Of a DNA stretch of 64,000 bases, positions 20,535-30,146 are shown piece by piece. Numbering within the stretch: the first letter of the stretch is position 1; the number at the start of each line of letters is the position of its first letter. The translations under genes were made by a program, and so were the position numbers. The stretch comes from an uncultured Gemmatimonadales bacterium. GTDB taxonomy: Bacteria; Gemmatimonadota; Gemmatimonadetes; Longimicrobiales; RSA9. The stretch spans positions 256,001 through 320,000 of the forward strand of contig CAWFKH010000003.1 of assembly GCA_963816355.1 (NCBI GenBank), in the 5' to 3' direction. The notes under the pieces are model-generated. The model searched no databases and was not told the DNA's origin. It was given only the letters and a program-made list of their open reading frames with translations.

Positions 20535-21041
20535 ATGGTGCACGAGATCCGCCTGATGGGCGATCCCGTCCTGCGCAGGAAGGCGGAGCCGGCGGGCGCC
20601 GTGGACGACGCCGTGCGCCGCCTCATCGACGACCTCTTCCAGACGATGTACGACGCCGACGGCGTGGGCCTCGCGGCGCCGCAGGTGGGCGAGGCGCGGC
20701 GCGTGCTCGTCGTCGACGTGCGCGACCCGGAAGCGCCGCCGCTCGCGCTCGTCGATCCGGAGATCGTGGACGTCGACGAGGCGCTCGAAAAAGGCGAGGA
20801 GGGGTGCCTCAGCATCCCCGGCATCCGCGACATCGTCGAGCGGCCCGCCGCCTGCACGGTGCGCGCGCTGAATCGCGACGGCGAGGCGGTCGAGGTGCGC
20901 GCCGGCGGTCTGCTGGCGCGCGCGCTGCAGCACGAGATCGACCACCTGGACGGCGTCCTCTTCCTCGACCGGCTGAGCCCGCTGAAGCGGCGCATGCTGC
21001 TGAAGAAGTGGCAGAAGATCAAGCCGGCGCGGGCGCCGTAG
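20535..21041 (+). CDS. def: Peptide deformylase
   Basis: GVGLAAPQVG, EGCLSIP, QHEIDHLDG. Confidence 0.96.
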   Translation: MVHEIRLMGDPVLRRKAEPAGAVDDAVRRLIDDLFQTMYDADGVGLAAPQVGEARRVLVVDVRDPEAPPLALVDPEIVDVDEALEKGEEGCLSIPGIRDIVERPAACTVRALNRDGEAVEVRAGGLLARALQHEIDHLDGVLFLDRLSPLKRRMLLKKWQKIKPARAP

Positions 21042-21048
21042 GGGCCGC

Positions 21049-21990
21049 GTGAGGATCCTCTTCTGGGGTACGCCCGCCTTCGCGCTGCCGGCGCTGCGCG
21101 CGCTCTCCGGCGAGGGCCACGACGTGGTCGGCGTCGTCACGCAGCCGGACCGCCCCGCCGGCCGCGGCCGCCGGCTGCGCGCCTCGCCGGTGAAGGAGTG
21201 GGCGCTCGCGGAAGAGCTGCCGGTGCTGCAGCCGGAGAAGCCCGCGGGCGAGGACTTCCTCGAGCGGCTGCGCGAGCTGGCGCCGGACCTCTCCGTCGTC
21301 GTCGCCTACGGCCGCATCCTGCGCGCCGACGTGCTCGATCTGCCGCCCCGCGGCTCGATCAACGTGCACGCGTCCCTGCTCCCGGAGCTGCGCGGCGCCG
21401 CCCCGATCCAGTGGGCGATCATCCGCGGCCTCGAGCGGACCGGCGTCACCATCATGCGCATGAACGAGCGCATGGACGCGGGCGCGATCCTGCTGCAGGC
21501 GGAGGAGCCGATCGGCGACGACGAGACCGCCTCCGAGCTCGCCGGCCGCCTCGCCGAGATCGGCGCGGAGGCGCTCGTCGGCGCGCTCGCGCTGCTCGAG
21601 ATGGACGAGCTGCCGTCGCGCGAGCAGGACCACACGCGCGCCACCTACGCGCCGCGCATCCTGCGCGCCAATGCACGCATCGACTGGTCCCGCCCCGCCC
21701 TCGAGGTGTCGCGCCTCGTGCGCGGCCTCGACGGCGCGCCCGGCGCGTGGACCACGCTCGCCGGCGTCGAGATGAAGCTCTTCCGGCCCCGCGGCCTGCT
21801 CGAGTCCGCGCACGACGAGTCGCCCGGCACCGTGCTCGTGGCCGGCGCCGAGCCGGAGGAGGGGCTGCTCGTCGCGTGCGGCGTCGACGCCGTCTGGCTG
21901 CGCGAGGTGCAGCCCGCGGGGCGCCGTCGCATGCGCGTCGGCGACTGGATCCGCGGCCGCGGCGTCGCCGAAGGGGACCGCTTCGAGTGA
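21049..21990 (+). CDS. fmt: Methionyl-tRNA formyltransferase
   Basis: FWGTP.FA, VVTQPDRP.GRG, INVHASLLP..RGAAPIQ, MDAG. Confidence 0.95.
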   Translation: MRILFWGTPAFALPALRALSGEGHDVVGVVTQPDRPAGRGRRLRASPVKEWALAEELPVLQPEKPAGEDFLERLRELAPDLSVVVAYGRILRADVLDLPPRGSINVHASLLPELRGAAPIQWAIIRGLERTGVTIMRMNERMDAGAILLQAEEPIGDDETASELAGRLAEIGAEALVGALALLEMDELPSREQDHTRATYAPRILRANARIDWSRPALEVSRLVRGLDGAPGAWTTLAGVEMKLFRPRGLLESAHDESPGTVLVAGAEPEEGLLVACGVDAVWLREVQPAGRRRMRVGDWIRGRGVAEGDRFE

Positions 21991-22632
21991 GCGCGGCGGC
22001 GCCGTCCCGGCTGCACGTCGTCACCGACGATGCGACGCTGGCGGCGCCGGAGTTCGTCGCGCGGGCGAGGGACGTCGCGGAAGCGTGCGGCGGGAGCGCT
22101 CGCGCTGCACGTGCGCGGCCACGCGACGGCGGGACGGCGGCTGTGGGAGGTCGCGCGCGCGCTCGTCGACGCCGGCGCCGCCGTCGTCGTCAACGACCGC
22201 GTCGACGTCGCCCTCGCGACGGGGGCCCGGGGCGTCCAGCTCGGGCGGCGCTCGCTCGCGCTCGGCGACGTGCGGCGCCTCGTCGGCGCGGCGTGGGTCG
22301 GCTACTCCGCGCACGCCGCGCACGAGGTGGCCGATGCCGCCGCCCGCGGCGCGGACTGGGTGTTCCTCGGCCCGGTCTGGGCGACCGCGTCGCATCCCGG
22401 CGCGGCGCCGGCCGGACTCGGTGCGCTGCGCGCCGCGGCCGGCGGCGGGGCCGTCGCCGGGATCGGCGCGCTGCCGGTCGTCGCGATCGGCGGCGTCACC
22501 CCCGGCCGCGTGGCGGACGCGCTCGCGGCGGGCGCCCACGGCGTGGCGGTGCTCTCCGGCGTGTGGGGCGCCGCGGACCCCGCGGCGGCGGCGGCGGCGT
22601 ACGCGGCGGCGTTGCAGGCGGCGTTCGCGTGA
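21987..22632 (+). pseudogene. thiE: Thiamine-phosphate synthase ThiE/TenI with a +1 frameshift near 22094 (real lesion or sequencing indel)
   Basis: GTG start with LHVVTD in one frame. The protein continues (LHVR...VVNDRVDVA...GVQLG...SAH...GPVWATASHP...VAIGGVT) in another frame after TGCGGCGGGAGCG. Confidence 0.8.
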
Positions 22633-22660
22633 GGGCCGGTGAATCGGCGAAGGTGAGGCG

Positions 22661-22879
22661 ATGGAGACGGCGGAGACGATCGAGGTGGTGCTGAACGGCG
22701 AGCGGCGTCGCGTGCCCGCGGGAATGGACGTGGGCGGGCTGCTCGCGCGGCTCGGGCTCGACCGGCGGCTGATCGTGGTCGAGCACAACCGTGAGATCCT
22801 GGACCGCGGCCGCCTCGACGGCGTGGCGGTGCGGGAAGGCGACGTGATCGAGCTCGTCCACTTCGTGGGCGGGGGATGA
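22661..22879 (+). CDS. thiS: Sulfur carrier protein ThiS
   Basis: LNGE...VVEHNREI...EGD.IELVHFVGGG C-terminus. Confidence 0.95.
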   Translation: METAETIEVVLNGERRRVPAGMDVGGLLARLGLDRRLIVVEHNREILDRGRLDGVAVREGDVIELVHFVGGG

Positions 22880-22897
22880 ACGAGTGAAGGAGGGGTG

Positions 22898-23701
22898 ATG
22901 GAAATGGCTACGGCGGTGCCGGCCGCGGCCCTCGAGGGGCCGCTCACGATCGCGGGTCGCGAGTTCCGCTCGCGGCTGATCGTGGGTACGGGGAAGTACC
23001 GGGACAACGAGACGATGGTGGGCGCGATCGAGGCGTCCGGCGCGGAGATCGTGACGGTCGCGGTGCGGCGCGTCGACCTGGATCGCTCGAAGGAGGAGGG
23101 GATCCTCCACCACCTCGACGCGCAGCGGCTTACGCTGCTGCCGAACACGGCGGGGTGCTACACGGCGGAGGACGCGCTGCGCTACGCGCGGCTCGCGCGC
23201 GCCGCGGGCTTCGGCGACCTGCTGAAGCTCGAGGTGATCGGCGACGAGCGCACGCTGCTCCCGGACGTGCAAGCGACGCTCGCGGCGGCGGCGGAGCTGG
23301 TCGCCGACGGCTTCAGCGTGATGGCGTACACGAACGAGGACGTCGTCACCGCGCTGCGCCTCGAGGACGCCGGCTGCGCGGCGGTGATGCCGCTGGCGAG
23401 CCCGATCGGCAGCGGGCTCGGCCTCGTCAATCCGTACTACGTGCGCGAGATCAAGACGCGCCTCGAGGTGCCGGTGATCGTCGACGCGGGCGTCGGTACC
23501 GCCTCGGACGCGGCGGTCACGATGGAGCAGGGGGTGGACGGCCTGCTGATGAACACGGCGATCGCCGCCGCGGACGACCCCGTGACGATGGCGCGCGCGA
23601 TGCGGCTGGCGACGGAGGCGGGCCGCCTCGCGTTCCTCGCCGGCCGCATGCCGCGCCGCGAGGTAGCGGTGCCGTCGTCGCCCACGAAGGGTATGCTTTA
23701 G
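22898..23701 (+). CDS. thiG: Thiazole synthase ThiG
   Basis: [44 protein letters not shown]. Confidence 0.96.
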   Translation: MEMATAVPAAALEGPLTIAGREFRSRLIVGTGKYRDNETMVGAIEASGAEIVTVAVRRVDLDRSKEEGILHHLDAQRLTLLPNTAGCYTAEDALRYARLARAAGFGDLLKLEVIGDERTLLPDVQATLAAAAELVADGFSVMAYTNEDVVTALRLEDAGCAAVMPLASPIGSGLGLVNPYYVREIKTRLEVPVIVDAGVGTASDAAVTMEQGVDGLLMNTAIAAADDPVTMARAMRLATEAGRLAFLAGRMPRREVAVPSSPTKGML

Positions 23702-23721
23702 CGCGCGGCGCGGCGACGGCC

Positions 23722-25005
23722 GTGAAGACCACGCCCGCGCGCCGCCTGGCGCTCGCCGCGCTGCGCGCGCTCCGGCGCGGGGACCTGCTGGATCGCGCGG
23801 CCGCCGTGGCGCTGGGCGACGCCGCGCCGCGCGACCGCCCCTGGCTGCACGAGCTGCTCTTCGGTACCGTTCGGTTGCGCGGGCGGCTCGACTGGCTGCT
23901 GGACCGCGTCGTGCGACGCGGCGTCGCGAACGTCGAGGCGGACCTCCTCGACGTCCTGCGGCTCGGCGCCTACCAGCTCCTGGAGATGGGCGGCGTGCCG
24001 GCATACGCCGCGATCTCGCAGTCCGTCGAGCTGGCGCGGGAGAGCGTCGGCGCGCGCGCGGCGGGCTTCGTGAACGGGGTGCTGAACGCCCTCGAGCGCG
24101 GGCGCGGGACGTTCGTCTTTCCGGCGTTCGAGGAGGACCCGGTCGCGCACCTCGCCACGTGGGGATCGCACCCGCGCTGGCTGGTCGAGCGCTGGATCGG
24201 GCGCTGGGGCGCGGAGGAGGCGCGGCGGCTGGTCGAGCTGGACAACCGGCGGCCCGAGACGTGCCTGCGCCTGGTCGGCGTGGACCGCGCGAGCGCGCTC
24301 GCCCGCCTCGCCGACGTCGGCATCCAGGCGACGCCGATCGAGGGGCTGCCCCACGCGCTGCGGCTCGAGCCCGCCGCCGACCCGCGGCGCGCCCTCGCCG
24401 CGGTGCCGGCGATCGTGCAGGACCCGGCGGCGATGCGCGTCGCCGCGCACGCCGCCTTCGCGGCGGAGGGCCCCGTCGCGGACCTGTGCGCCGCGCCCGG
24501 CGGCAAGGCGGTCGCGCTCGCGGCGGAGGCGCCGCGCCTGGTGGTCGCGCTCGACGCGTCGCCGCTCCGCATGCAGCGCGTCGCGGAGAACGCGCGGCGG
24601 CTCGGCGGCGCGATCGCCGGCCGCATCGCGCCGGTGATCGCCGACGCACGCGCGATCCCGCTCGCGCCGACGCGCGCGGTGCTGGTCGACGCGCCGTGCA
24701 CCGGGACCGGCACGCTGCGGCGGCACCCGGACGGCAAGTGGAGGCTCGCGCCGGCGGACCTCGCGTCGCTCGTCTCGCTGCAGCGCGAGATCCTCGACGC
24801 GGCGGCGGAGCGGGTGGCGCCCGGCGGCGTGCTGGTGTACGCCACCTGCTCGCTCGAGCCGGAGGAGAACGAACGACAGGTGGAGGCGTTCCTGCAACGC
24901 CACGAGGCGTTCCGTGCGGCCGACGACGCGCCGCTGGTCGTGACGCCTCAGGGATTCGGCTTCGATGGAGCGTTCGCCGCGCGCTTGCGGCGAAGCGACG
25001 ACTGA
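23722..25005 (+). CDS. rsmB: 16S rRNA m5C967 methyltransferase RsmB
   Basis: NusB-like N-terminal domain (LRLGAYQL, GFVNGVL), SHP.W, DLCAAPGGK, DAPCTGTG..RRHPD, YATCS..PEEN. Confidence 0.9.
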   Translation: MKTTPARRLALAALRALRRGDLLDRAAAVALGDAAPRDRPWLHELLFGTVRLRGRLDWLLDRVVRRGVANVEADLLDVLRLGAYQLLEMGGVPAYAAISQSVELARESVGARAAGFVNGVLNALERGRGTFVFPAFEEDPVAHLATWGSHPRWLVERWIGRWGAEEARRLVELDNRRPETCLRLVGVDRASALARLADVGIQATPIEGLPHALRLEPAADPRRALAAVPAIVQDPAAMRVAAHAAFAAEGPVADLCAAPGGKAVALAAEAPRLVVALDASPLRMQRVAENARRLGGAIAGRIAPVIADARAIPLAPTRAVLVDAPCTGTGTLRRHPDGKWRLAPADLASLVSLQREILDAAAERVAPGGVLVYATCSLEPEENERQVEAFLQRHEAFRAADDAPLVVTPQGFGFDGAFAARLRRSDD

Positions 25006-25010
25006 CGAGA

Positions 25011-25697
25011 ATGCTCGGCGATTCGATCAGACGCAGACGGGGTGGCAAGGGGACGGGCGCCCGCCCGGCGCCGCGGCGCCGCAGGCCCCGCACGTGGGGC
25101 GGCTTTCCCTGGCGCCGCTGGATCGTCACCGGCCTCGCCGTCACGCTTGCCGCCTTCGCCATCGGCTACGCCTTCGCCGTGCTCGTCCTCTTCCCGGCTC
25201 CGCCGGCGCCGTCCGACCAGGTCGAGGTGCCGCGGCTCGTCGGCGGCGACGCGGCGGCCGCGCGCACCGCGCTCGAGGGCGGCGGCCTCCACCTCGGCGA
25301 GACCCGCACGCTTCCTTCCGACCAGCCCCCGGGGACGGTCCTCGCGCAGAGCACGCTGGCGGGACAGCACCTGCTGCCCGGCGCCAGCGTCGACATCGCG
25401 GTCGCGACGCCGCCGCGGCCCGCCCGCGTGCCGCCCGTCGAGGGGCTGGGCGCGGACGCCGCGGCCGCGCTGCTGCAGGCCGCCGGGCTCGACGCGCAGC
25501 AGCAGACGGTCGCGAGCGACGCGACCGCCGGGACCGTCGTCCGCGCGCGCCCCGCGCCGGGGAGCGCCGTCAGCCGCCCCGGACCCGTCACGCTCTTCGT
25601 CAGCCAGGGCCCGCCGCAGACGCTCGGTCCGCCGCTCCTCGGCACGCCCGTCCCCGACACCAGCGCCGCCGCCGGCGCGGGTGGAGGGCCGCGATGA
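25011..25697 (+). CDS. Membrane-anchored PASTA-domain protein
   Basis: One TM helix followed by two VP.(L/V).G....A...L...GL repeats. Confidence 0.82.
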   Translation: MLGDSIRRRRGGKGTGARPAPRRRRPRTWGGFPWRRWIVTGLAVTLAAFAIGYAFAVLVLFPAPPAPSDQVEVPRLVGGDAAAARTALEGGGLHLGETRTLPSDQPPGTVLAQSTLAGQHLLPGASVDIAVATPPRPARVPPVEGLGADAAAALLQAAGLDAQQQTVASDATAGTVVRARPAPGSAVSRPGPVTLFVSQGPPQTLGPPLLGTPVPDTSAAAGAGGGPR

Positions 25698-26254
25698 GCG
25701 ACCGCGCCCGCGCCTGGACCGCGGCGGCGATCTCCGTCGCGGCGCTCGCCGGCGTCGTCGTGCTCGGCTGGAACGGTCAGGCGAGCAACGCGCCCGCGGC
25801 CGTCGAGTCGAGCGCGCCCGCCTATTCTGCGCCCTCGCTCGCGGGCGACACCGTCTCGCTCGCAGCGCACCGGGGTCACGTCGTGCTGCTCAACATCTGG
25901 GCGACGTGGTGCCCGCCGTGCCGCATGGAGATGCCGTCGCTGCAGCGGCTCTACGACCGCTACCACGCGCAGGGACTCGACATCGTCGCGGTGGCCGTGG
26001 ACGACCCGCCGGGCGGCCTGGGAGGCGTCGACGCGGTGCGCCCGCTCGTCCGCGGCTACGTCCAGGCGCGCGGCATCCGGTTCCCGATCCTGCTCGACCC
26101 GAGCGGCGGCACGGAGAACCTGTTCGGCGCGACCGGCCTTCCGACCACGATCGTCATCGACCGCAAGGGGATCATCCGGGGGAAGGTGGTGGGCGGCCGC
26201 GAATGGGACACCGGCCCGCTCGAGGCCCGCATCCGCGCGCTCGTGGAGGAGTGA
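25694..26254 (+). CDS. TlpA/ResA-like thiol:disulfide oxidoreductase
   Basis: LLNIWATWCPPCRMEMPSL, GLPTT..IDR.G. Confidence 0.9.
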   Translation: MSDRARAWTAAAISVAALAGVVVLGWNGQASNAPAAVESSAPAYSAPSLAGDTVSLAAHRGHVVLLNIWATWCPPCRMEMPSLQRLYDRYHAQGLDIVAVAVDDPPGGLGGVDAVRPLVRGYVQARGIRFPILLDPSGGTENLFGATGLPTTIVIDRKGIIRGKVVGGREWDTGPLEARIRALVEE

Positions 26255-27027
26255 GCGTGCCTCTCCTCCCCGAACTCGTCACGCACAACCTGTGGCTGAA
26301 GCTGGCCGCGCTCGGACTCGCCGTCCTCCTGTGGGGCGTGCTGCGTGCCGACGCCCCCGGCTTCGCCACCTACGACGCCGTCCCCGTCGACGTCGTCGTC
26401 GACGACCCGGGCTGGACCCTCGCCGCGCCGCCCGATCCGCAGACCGTCCAAGTCGCCTTCTCCGGCACCGCGCGCGAGCTGCTGCGCCTCGTCGGCGTGC
26501 AGCCGCGCGTCGTCGTCACCATCGACGAGGTCACCGACTCGACCATGACGCGCGACCTCGTCGGCGGCATGGTCCGCGTCGACGCGGGCGGCGACCGGCC
26601 CACCGTCGCGCGCGTCACGCCCACGCGCGTCTCCCTCTCCTTCGAGCCGGTGCAGAGCGCGCTCCGGCCCGTCGCCATCCGCGTGCGTGGATCGCTGCCG
26701 CCGGGCGTCCGCCTCGCGCGCACCATCACCGCCCAGCCGGGCAGCGTCCGCGTCAGCGGCGCGCTCTCCCGCCTCGCCACGCTCGACTCCGTTCCGCTCG
26801 AGCCGGTGGACATCTCGACGCTCACCGCGCCCGCGACGCTGCAGGTCCACGTCGACACCGCCGCCATGCGCGGCTTCCTCGTCTCGCCCCGCCGCGTCGC
26901 GGTGACCGTCGAGGCGATCACGGTGCCGGACTCCACGCTGCTTCCCGACACGGCCACGCCGGACACCGCCGCCGTCGACACGATCGGCGCCCGCGCCCGC
27001 CCGCCGCGCCCGCCGCGGCGCCGCTGA
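26251..27027 (+). CDS. YbbR/CdaR-like protein
   Basis: HNLWLKLAALGLAVLLW N-terminal anchor typical of YbbR, followed by beta-rich P..V.V.G repeats. Confidence 0.8.
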   Translation: MSVPLLPELVTHNLWLKLAALGLAVLLWGVLRADAPGFATYDAVPVDVVVDDPGWTLAAPPDPQTVQVAFSGTARELLRLVGVQPRVVVTIDEVTDSTMTRDLVGGMVRVDAGGDRPTVARVTPTRVSLSFEPVQSALRPVAIRVRGSLPPGVRLARTITAQPGSVRVSGALSRLATLDSVPLEPVDISTLTAPATLQVHVDTAAMRGFLVSPRRVAVTVEAITVPDSTLLPDTATPDTAAVDTIGARARPPRPPRRR

Positions 27028-27032
27028 GCCGC

Positions 27033-28082
27033 ATGGACGCGCCGCTCGTCCTCGGCCTCGAGACCTCCTGCGACGAGACCTCCGCCGCCATCCTCGCCGG
27101 CGAGCGCGACCTGCGCGGCCACGCGATCCTCTCCCAGGACGTGCACCGCATCTACGGCGGCGTCGTGCCGGAACTCGCCGCGCGGGCGCACATCCGCGTC
27201 ATCGACGACGTCGTCGAGCGCGCGCTCCGCGAGGCCGGCGTCGATCTCGCCGACGTGGACGTGATCGGCGTCACGGCGGGGCCCGGCCTGATCGGCGCCC
27301 TCCTCGTCGGGCTGACGTGGGCGAAGGCGGTCGCGTACGCGCTCGGCCGTCCGCTGGTGCCGGTCCACCACATGGAGGCGCATCTCTTCGCGACCTCGAT
27401 CGAAGACGGCGACGCCGCCCCGCCGTTCGTCGCGCTCCTCGTCTCCGGCGGCCACACGCAGCTCCTCTGGGTGCCGGAGTGGGGGCGCTACGAGCTGCTC
27501 GGCGAGACGCGCGACGACGCGGCCGGCGAGGCCTTCGACAAGGTGGCGAAGATCCTGGAGCTCGCCTACCCGGGCGGCCCCGAGATCGAGCGGGCCGCGC
27601 GCGCCGGCGACCCGGCCGCCCACGCCTTCCCGCGCCCCATGCTCGCCTCCACGCAGCGGCCCGGCGACGACGACTACTACGACTTCTCGTTCAGCGGCCT
27701 GAAGACCGCCGTGCTCAACCGCGTCCGCGAGGTCGAGGCGCGGGGCCGGCTCGAGAGCGAGCGCGCCCACCTCGCCGCGTCCTTCCAGGCCGCCGTCATG
27801 GACGTGCTGGTCGAGAAGACGATGCGCGCGGTCGAGCAGACCGGCTGCCGACGCGTGCTGCTCGGGGGCGGCGTCGCGGCCAGCCGCGCGCTCCGGGACG
27901 CGCTCCGCGCACGCCTCGCCGGCGGCCGCCTCTTCCATCCTAGCCCGAGGCTTGCAACGGACAACGCCGCGATGATCGCGCGCACCGCCCTCTTCCGTTT
28001 CCGGCGAGGCGAGCGCGCCGGGCTCGACGCCAGCGCGCGCGCCGATCTACCCTTTCCGGGCCTCGAACGCCGAGCATGCTGA
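27033..28082 (+). CDS. tsaD: tRNA threonylcarbamoyltransferase TsaD
   Basis: LGLETSCDET, GGVVPELAARAH, HHMEAH, SGGHT, DDAAGEAFDK, FSFSGLKT, TDNAAMIA. Confidence 0.96.
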   Translation: MDAPLVLGLETSCDETSAAILAGERDLRGHAILSQDVHRIYGGVVPELAARAHIRVIDDVVERALREAGVDLADVDVIGVTAGPGLIGALLVGLTWAKAVAYALGRPLVPVHHMEAHLFATSIEDGDAAPPFVALLVSGGHTQLLWVPEWGRYELLGETRDDAAGEAFDKVAKILELAYPGGPEIERAARAGDPAAHAFPRPMLASTQRPGDDDYYDFSFSGLKTAVLNRVREVEARGRLESERAHLAASFQAAVMDVLVEKTMRAVEQTGCRRVLLGGGVAASRALRDALRARLAGGRLFHPSPRLATDNAAMIARTALFRFRRGERAGLDASARADLPFPGLERRAC

Positions 28083-28948
28083 CGATCCTGCACGTCTCCG
28101 ACCTCCACTTCGGGCCGCCGTTCCTGCCGAAGCTGGGCGACGCCCTCCTCGGCGCCGCGGAGGAGCTGCAGCCGGACGTGATCGTCGCGAGCGGCGATTT
28201 CACGCAGCGCGCCAAGCGCGAGCAGTTCGCCGCCGCGCGCCGCTTCCTCGACCGCCTGCCGGACGTGCCGACCGTCGTCACCCCCGGCAACCACGACGTA
28301 CCGCTCTACCGCGTCTTCGAGCGCCTCTTCGACCCGTACCGCAACTACCGCGAGGCGATATCACCGGAGCTGCAGTCGGTGCTGCGGCTCGACGACGCGG
28401 TCATCGTCGCCATCAACACCACGTCGCCACTGCGCGCGCTCACCAACGGCCGCATCAGCGACGCCGACGTCGCCTACTGCGCGCGCGCCTTCGAGGACGC
28501 GGGCGACGAGCGGGCGCGCATCGTCGTCGCCCATCACCACTTCGCGCCCGCGCCCGACTACGAGGGCGGGCAGGGGATGGCCGGCGCGCGCGAGGCGCTC
28601 GAGAGCTTCCAGCGGCTCCGCGTCGACCTCCTCCTCGGCGGTCATCTGCACCGCGCCTACATCGGCAACTCGCTCGACGTGCACCCCGGCATGGAGCGCC
28701 GCCACGGCGTCATCATCGTGCAGTCCGGAACCACCACTTCCCGCCGTGGCCGCGCCCGCGAGCGCGAGAAGAACTCCTTCAACCTGCTCCGCCTCGGTGA
28801 CGAGCTGATCCGCATCACGCACTACATGTTCTTCGACGAGGCGGGCGGCTTCGCACCCACCAGCCGCCACATCTTCCCGCGCTTCGGGCGCTCCTTCCTC
28901 AGCCATCCGCCCGAGGAAGCGTCCCGCGAGTGGCACCCCGCCGGCTGA
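28076..28948 (+). CDS. Metallophosphoesterase (Icc/CpdA-like)
   Basis: SDLHFG, SGDFT, PGNHD, HHH, GHLH. Confidence 0.9.
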   Translation: MLTILHVSDLHFGPPFLPKLGDALLGAAEELQPDVIVASGDFTQRAKREQFAAARRFLDRLPDVPTVVTPGNHDVPLYRVFERLFDPYRNYREAISPELQSVLRLDDAVIVAINTTSPLRALTNGRISDADVAYCARAFEDAGDERARIVVAHHHFAPAPDYEGGQGMAGAREALESFQRLRVDLLLGGHLHRAYIGNSLDVHPGMERRHGVIIVQSGTTTSRRGRAREREKNSFNLLRLGDELIRITHYMFFDEAGGFAPTSRHIFPRFGRSFLSHPPEEASREWHPAG

Positions 28949-28958
28949 GCCGACTCCC

Positions 28959-30146
28959 ATGGCCCGCAAACGACGCGTCGCCGCCCACGTCGCCATCGGC
29001 TTCGCCGCCGCCCTGCTCGTCCTCGTCGCGGCCATCCTGTTCCTCACGCGCACGCCGCCCGGCGTCCAGAAGGTCGGCGGCTACGTCGTCCGCTCGCTCG
29101 GCGACCGCATCAGTGGAAAGCTCACCGTGCGGCGCGTCTCCAGCCGCGGCGGCCTCCTCGGCGGCGTCACGCTCCACGGCGTCGAGCTCCAGGCGCCCGG
29201 CGGGCGGCCGTTCCTCAGCGCCGACAGCGTCCGCCTCTCCTACAACTGGCGCTCCCTGCTCGCCGGCCGCATCGTCTTCGACCGCATCGGCCTCTTCCGG
29301 CCGCGCCTCGTGCTCGAGAAGCTGCCCGGCGACACCGCCTGGAACTTCAGCGAAGCGCTCGCGACGCCGCCCTCCGCCCGGCCGTCGACGCCCTCCTCCT
29401 CCGCGCCGCTGATCCTGATCGGCGGCATCCGCGTCCGCGACGGCGATGTCGTCGTGCGCACGGCGATCGCGCCCGACTCCGGCCGCGCGATCCAGCCCGC
29501 AGACACGGCCCGCCTCATCGTCCGCCGGCTCCCCGGCGGCCTCGTGCGCGAGATGCGGTTCGAGCGCCTCGACGCTTCGCTGCCCCGCGTCCTGGTCAGC
29601 TCCCCGCAGGAGGAGGGACGGCTCGTCGAGGTCGCCTCCCTCTCCACGCGCGGCTACGTCTGGCAGACCCCGTTCGATCTCCGCGCCCTGCGCGGCACCC
29701 TCGTCCTGCACGATTCCCTCGTCGCCTTCGACCTCGATCGCGTCGAGCTGCCCGACTCCCGCGCCGCCGCCCTCGGCCGCGTCGTCGTCACCTCGCCGCA
29801 CAACCGCGTCGACGTCCAGATCGACGGCCAGCGCCTGCGCCTCGAGGACCTCCAGTGGCTCTACCCCGGCCTGCCGCCCACCGGCACGGGCCGCCTCCAG
29901 CTCCGCATGCAGACCCGCCCCGACGGCGGCACCCTCTTCTACGCCCGCGACATCGACATCACCGCGCCCCAGACGCACGTGACCGGTCAGCTCGGCATCG
30001 TCGTCGGCGACGACTCCACCTATCTCACCCGCGTCGACCTGCGCGCCAACCCGCTCAACCTCGAGATCCTGCAGCAGCTCATTCCCGGCGACGTCCCCCT
30101 CGAAGGCCTGCGCGTCGGCACGCTCGAGGTGCGCGGCACTCCATGA
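28959..30146 (+). CDS. AsmA/TamB N-terminal-like protein
   Basis: N-terminal TM anchor followed by amphipathic beta-strand repeats (L.GV.L, D.I.L.RP.L.LE...WNF). At 395 aa it is far shorter than TamB. Confidence 0.65.
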   Translation: MARKRRVAAHVAIGFAAALLVLVAAILFLTRTPPGVQKVGGYVVRSLGDRISGKLTVRRVSSRGGLLGGVTLHGVELQAPGGRPFLSADSVRLSYNWRSLLAGRIVFDRIGLFRPRLVLEKLPGDTAWNFSEALATPPSARPSTPSSSAPLILIGGIRVRDGDVVVRTAIAPDSGRAIQPADTARLIVRRLPGGLVREMRFERLDASLPRVLVSSPQEEGRLVEVASLSTRGYVWQTPFDLRALRGTLVLHDSLVAFDLDRVELPDSRAAALGRVVVTSPHNRVDVQIDGQRLRLEDLQWLYPGLPPTGTGRLQLRMQTRPDGGTLFYARDIDITAPQTHVTGQLGIVVGDDSTYLTRVDLRANPLNLEILQQLIPGDVPLEGLRVGTLEVRGTP

